From: Candidatus Hermodarchaeota archaeon
GTDB taxonomy: Archaea; Asgardarchaeota; Lokiarchaeia; Sigyniarchaeales; SOKP01
Direction: 5' to 3'
Length of the DNA: 52,270 nt
Assembly: GCA_048885525.1 (NCBI GenBank)
Contig: JBHLLP010000025.1
Location: 1-52,270 of the forward strand
Positions 48,962 to 52,270 of the stretch are shown here, one piece after another. The position numbers and the translations under genes are program-made. How positions within the stretch are numbered: the stretch's first letter is position 1; the number at the start of each line of letters is the position of its first letter. The notes below the pieces were generated by a model. The model did not search any database and was not told the DNA's origin. It saw nothing but the letters and a program-made list of their open reading frames with translations.

Positions 48962-50329
48962 CTAACTATATATTTGACGAACTATTTTCCACATTCCTAA
49001 ATTGAGATATTCTTTTCTTAACCTTAGATAGTACATCAAGTAAAACTTTAATACCCATCTCTCCAAGTTTTCTTTATGTTTTATGATTTGTATTCCCGAA
49101 GTATAATTAGAATAATTGAAATCCATGATTAAATCTTCTTTTACATATTGTTCATAAATTTTTGTCCCTGGTAGAGGGATTAAAATTCTGAAAGCTGCTA
49201 TTGTAGGTTCCATCTTTTTGGCAAACTGTATTGTTGCGTTCAAATCAGACTTTGTTTCTTGAATATATCCTAACATAAAGGCTCCAGTAAAATAAATTCC
49301 CTTTCTCTTTAATCTCTCAGCAGCTTTTAAAGCATCCATTTTCTTTATTTGCTTCTTGTATGATTTTAGAGTTTTTTCAGAACCTGACTCAACACCTAAA
49401 AATAAATGCAGACAGCCAGATTTTTTCAATAAATCCAATAATTCTTCACTAATATTAGCGATAGTGTCAACTCTTGCATTTGAATCCCAGTAAATTTTAA
49501 TTCCTTCATCAATGATCTTGCTGCAAATTTCTTCTATTCTTTTGATAGACACCATAAAGTTATCATCAACAAAAAAAATTATCGGTCTCTTGCCTTCTGG
49601 ACCACTAACTTTCTTCACATTGGGATTTCTTTTTAGTATTTCTTTTATTTCTTCAAGAATATTTGTTGCAGATCTATATCTCCATTTTAATCCATCTTTG
49701 CCAGGAACTTGGCAAAAAGAACATCCAAAAGGACATCCCCTCGAAGTCATAATAGTAAAAGCATGAGTTCGATATTTATCTATTGGTACTAAATGTCGTG
49801 CTGGAAAAGGTAATTTATTTAAATTTGAGATAAACTCCCGAGATTCATTCTTAATGATTTTTCCGTCTTTCTTGTAACTAATCCCCTTGATATTTTCAAG
49901 ATTCCCATTTTCCTTAATAGTTTTCACTATTTCTATAAGAGTTTCTTCACCTTCTCCTCTCACAACAATATCAAACTTAGATTCATTTAATATTTCCTCA
50001 TCGGCAAATGTGGCATGAGGCCCTCCAATAACCAAGGGAATGTTAAAGCAAGATTTGATTAATCTAGCCAACCTATAAGCTTCATAAATAGATGCAGTAA
50101 TAGATGTAATACCTATAATTATTGGATTTTTATCTTTAATTATTTGTATGATAGTTTTATTTTTTAATAGTTTTAGATTGAGATCAAGAATTTCAACCTT
50201 AAATCCTACCTTTTCCAGATATGAAGCTAATGACAATAAACTAAGTACTGGAAACTTTATTTTATCTCTATAAGAACCTATCGTAATTCTTTTTTTCTGA
50301 TGAGGATTTATTAATATTATATCTATCAT
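48962..50329 (-). CDS. B12-binding radical SAM protein (class B)
   Basis: GGPHAT, GEGE, TSRGCPFGCSFC, DDNF, GVESG. Confidence 0.92.
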   Translation of the reverse strand: MIDIILINPHQKKRITIGSYRDKIKFPVLSLLSLASYLEKVGFKVEILDLNLKLLKNKTIIQIIKDKNPIIIGITSITASIYEAYRLARLIKSCFNIPLVIGGPHATFADEEILNESKFDIVVRGEGEETLIEIVKTIKENGNLENIKGISYKKDGKIIKNESREFISNLNKLPFPARHLVPIDKYRTHAFTIMTSRGCPFGCSFCQVPGKDGLKWRYRSATNILEEIKEILKRNPNVKKVSGPEGKRPIIFFVDDNFMVSIKRIEEICSKIIDEGIKIYWDSNARVDTIANISEELLDLLKKSGCLHLFLGVESGSEKTLKSYKKQIKKMDALKAAERLKRKGIYFTGAFMLGYIQETKSDLNATIQFAKKMEPTIAAFRILIPLPGTKIYEQYVKEDLIMDFNYSNYTSGIQIIKHKENLERWVLKFYLMYYLRLRKEYLNLGMWKIVRQIYS

Positions 50330-50447
50330 ATTTTATTGGAATAGGGATTCATTTTCTAAACTATTAAAATTTTAATAATATTCACTTCTGTAAGGTGATA
50401 TTTTGTATGAAATAAAAGAGTTAGCAAACGATTAATAAATGATAATG

Positions 50448-52270
50448 TTACCTCGTACTTTGTATAAATTGCTTTTCTTTCTCGTGGATTTTTTGCCACT
50501 TTTTACGTTCTGAACGTAGTTTAAAAAGATCAATATCTTTGTAGATTAAACCTTCTTCTTTAGGAGGTATAGTCCTTTCGATTCTTTCTTTTTCTGGAGT
50601 ATATATTAGCGAATTGCCATATTCTCCAATATTAGCAAAGAAGCAATAACCATAGATAGATCTACGAGCATCAAAATGAGCTGCTTTAAAATCTGCAGTA
50701 ACAGGTGTGAAGGCGGGGTTAAAAATAAGGTCCACTGGAGGTTCAAAATTCTTTAATTCTACTCTCAGATCCATATCGAGAAAATCTCGACATATAACAA
50801 TCGCAATCCTTCCATACTCTGTGTTGCAAATTGTAACATTTCTAGGCAATCTCCCAGATTCAATACCTTCTTTGAATCTGGAACCCTTGAAATTAATCAT
50901 TGCGGGAATATTTTTCTCCTGTTCCCATAAAATACCTTCAGGATTTATAACCAAACTAAGATTTTTTTTCGTTGCATGATCGTGATAAGAGCCTGGAATA
51001 ATATACATATTATATTTTTTTGCGAGATTTGAGATATCTTCAAGTATTTTGTCATAGCTTAAATCGATCGCCATTTCTGGAAAGACTAAAACATTAACTT
51101 CATTGTCATGAGCGTTCTTTATCATCTCTGTAACTTTACTACTTACAATATCAACTTTATCTTTTCGAAGGTTTAGGAGACCATTATCTTCTGTGTAAAA
51201 TTCACCTAACAGATCACCTGCATGTGATACTCCTATTTGAGCAATACCAACTCTGAATTCTTTTTTCTGTATTTCAGGTTGTTGCTTTAGCAAGTCTTTA
51301 TAGATTAATTTGTATTTTTCTCTAGATACTTCCCTTATTTCAGCTTTTACTATTTCATCACTAAATTCACGTACGTCACTAATTCTTGGCGATTGGCTAG
51401 ATTCAATGGGACATGCTGGAGCAATTAAACCCATAGTGCTTTTTGTTATGGAAGGTTCGCTAATAGTGTTTAAGGCAGATACAATTATTTTTTCTTCTTT
51501 TATCACCAATTCTAATTGTTCTAATATTTCTATTTCTTTATTGTTATAACCTGACTTACCAAAAAGGTTTGCAGCAGACTTAAGAATTTCTGAGCCGATT
51601 TTAAGAAGGTTCTTTTTTTTTTCCAGATTCATCTCTTCATCTGCTTGTATTAGATGCCAAGCTGCATCAAAATAAGTTGAGGTTGCTAAAGCCCAGTCAG
51701 CTTCGTTAATAAAACCTCCTTTCTTATAAGAAGATGCGGTTTTTCTAAGTATTACTTTAATTTTCGGATATAACTCGGCTTTTATCGAAGTTTTTGTTGA
51801 TTCATCAAATCTACAACCAAGCTCTAGGGCCTCGCAAAATGCAGAATTACTTGAGGATAATATCTTTAACTTATTATTACTAAAAAAACTACTTGCTTTT
51901 TCGAATAAGTGAGCTGCTTCTGCAAATTTATTAGAATCTTTATTATTTTCAGCAAATTCCATACTTTCCCATGCTTTACAAAGATGATAAATTGCTTCTA
52001 ATTCTCTTCGCTCTCGTTCGAGTTTAAACATATCACAAATGGCTTTAAGCTGAGATGCAGCAGAAGAAAATTCCTCGGCAGCTAGAAAGTGTTCTCCCTT
52101 CTTTCCTAGAATTCTTGCTTTTTCAACATTCATTCTGGCATTACAATAATTAATTCTTACTTTTGCTACGTTTTTAAGCTTGTTAATTCTTTCATTTTCT
52201 AATTTATCCTTAGATTGTTTTAAAACTTCTTCTAGTACATTTGAAGCCTCATTAAAATGTTTGCTACTAG
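50448..52270 (-). CDS. Helical-repeat (TPR/SNAP-like) protein with C-terminal carbon-nitrogen hydrolase domain; 5' end lies beyond the window
   Basis: Frame open to the window end; VFPE, EKNIP and ICRD give the E-K-C triad; AAxxFxxA helical repeats. Confidence 0.8.
   Translation of the reverse strand, partial: SSKHFNEASNVLEEVLKQSKDKLENERINKLKNVAKVRINYCNARMNVEKARILGKKGEHFLAAEEFSSAASQLKAICDMFKLERERRELEAIYHLCKAWESMEFAENNKDSNKFAEAAHLFEKASSFFSNNKLKILSSSNSAFCEALELGCRFDESTKTSIKAELYPKIKVILRKTASSYKKGGFINEADWALATSTYFDAAWHLIQADEEMNLEKKKNLLKIGSEILKSAANLFGKSGYNNKEIEILEQLELVIKEEKIIVSALNTISEPSITKSTMGLIAPACPIESSQSPRISDVREFSDEIVKAEIREVSREKYKLIYKDLLKQQPEIQKKEFRVGIAQIGVSHAGDLLGEFYTEDNGLLNLRKDKVDIVSSKVTEMIKNAHDNEVNVLVFPEMAIDLSYDKILEDISNLAKKYNMYIIPGSYHDHATKKNLSLVINPEGILWEQEKNIPAMINFKGSRFKEGIESGRLPRNVTICNTEYGRIAIVICRDFLDMDLRVELKNFEPPVDLIFNPAFTPVTADFKAAHFDARRSIYGYCFFANIGEYGNSLIYTPEKERIERTIPPKEEGLIYKDIDLFKLRSERKKWQKIHEKEKQFIQSTR

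Noticed and set aside
48962-50329. Specific call as a GDGT ring synthase or lipid methylase
   Set aside because: Only generic class B radical SAM motifs are visible; a phylogeny is needed
4673-51549. Short antisense or alternate-frame ORFs in the track (e.g. 4673, 5377, 6550, 7142, 11511, 11704, 12560, 14443, 15269, 16609, 17461, 19680, 20220, 21863, 22184, 23677, 27550, 28692, 29552, 32654, 41191, 42893, 44508, 46605, 49512, 50707, 51310)
   Set aside because: They overlap well-supported genes or low-complexity spacers and carry no motifs; treated as shadow ORFs
1-52270. Genome-wide TAG recoding suggested by internal TAGs at 19011 and 38889
   Set aside because: TAG ends apparently complete genes (25723, 34729, 48962, 15936), and the 19011 TAG lies in a gene with other lesions

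Overview
AT-rich archaeal chromosomal segment whose gene content points to an Asgard archaeon, most likely Lokiarchaeia/Promethearchaeia: histone (partial), proteasome beta, C4HC3 RING protein, two-domain gelsolin, stand-alone longin-like protein, DUF106/TMCO1-EMC3 insertase, Rab-like GTPase, TFB, archaeal ProRS, deoxyhypusine synthase and Fae-Hps. All calls come from motif recognition by eye; no searches were run. I saw no rRNA, tRNA, CRISPR array, transposase or integrase. The most striking locus is 40.1-44.8 kb. It has a two-gene module: a surface protein with an HFS (GPS/GAIN/Nup98-like) autoproteolysis motif just before its TM helix, and a membrane-tethered double-wHTH regulator with a paralogous ectodomain that lacks HFS. 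A perfect 14-bp palindrome lies beside their TATA box. Divergent from them is a TrmB-type protein split by a ~520-aa helical rod with an aromatic/basic patch at its midpoint, a candidate DNA-membrane tether. Other points: a degenerate 181-bp GATC-rich tandem duplication upstream of the histone gene; a Thr1-less proteasome beta next to a RING protein; a Zn-ribbon shared by the gelsolin and a small adaptor; an apparent ATT-initiated radical SAM gene; a PlsY-SEC59/DGK1 fusion; a duplicated proS 3' end flanking an esterase gene; two genes with internal stops; and four small ORFs missing from the ORF track.
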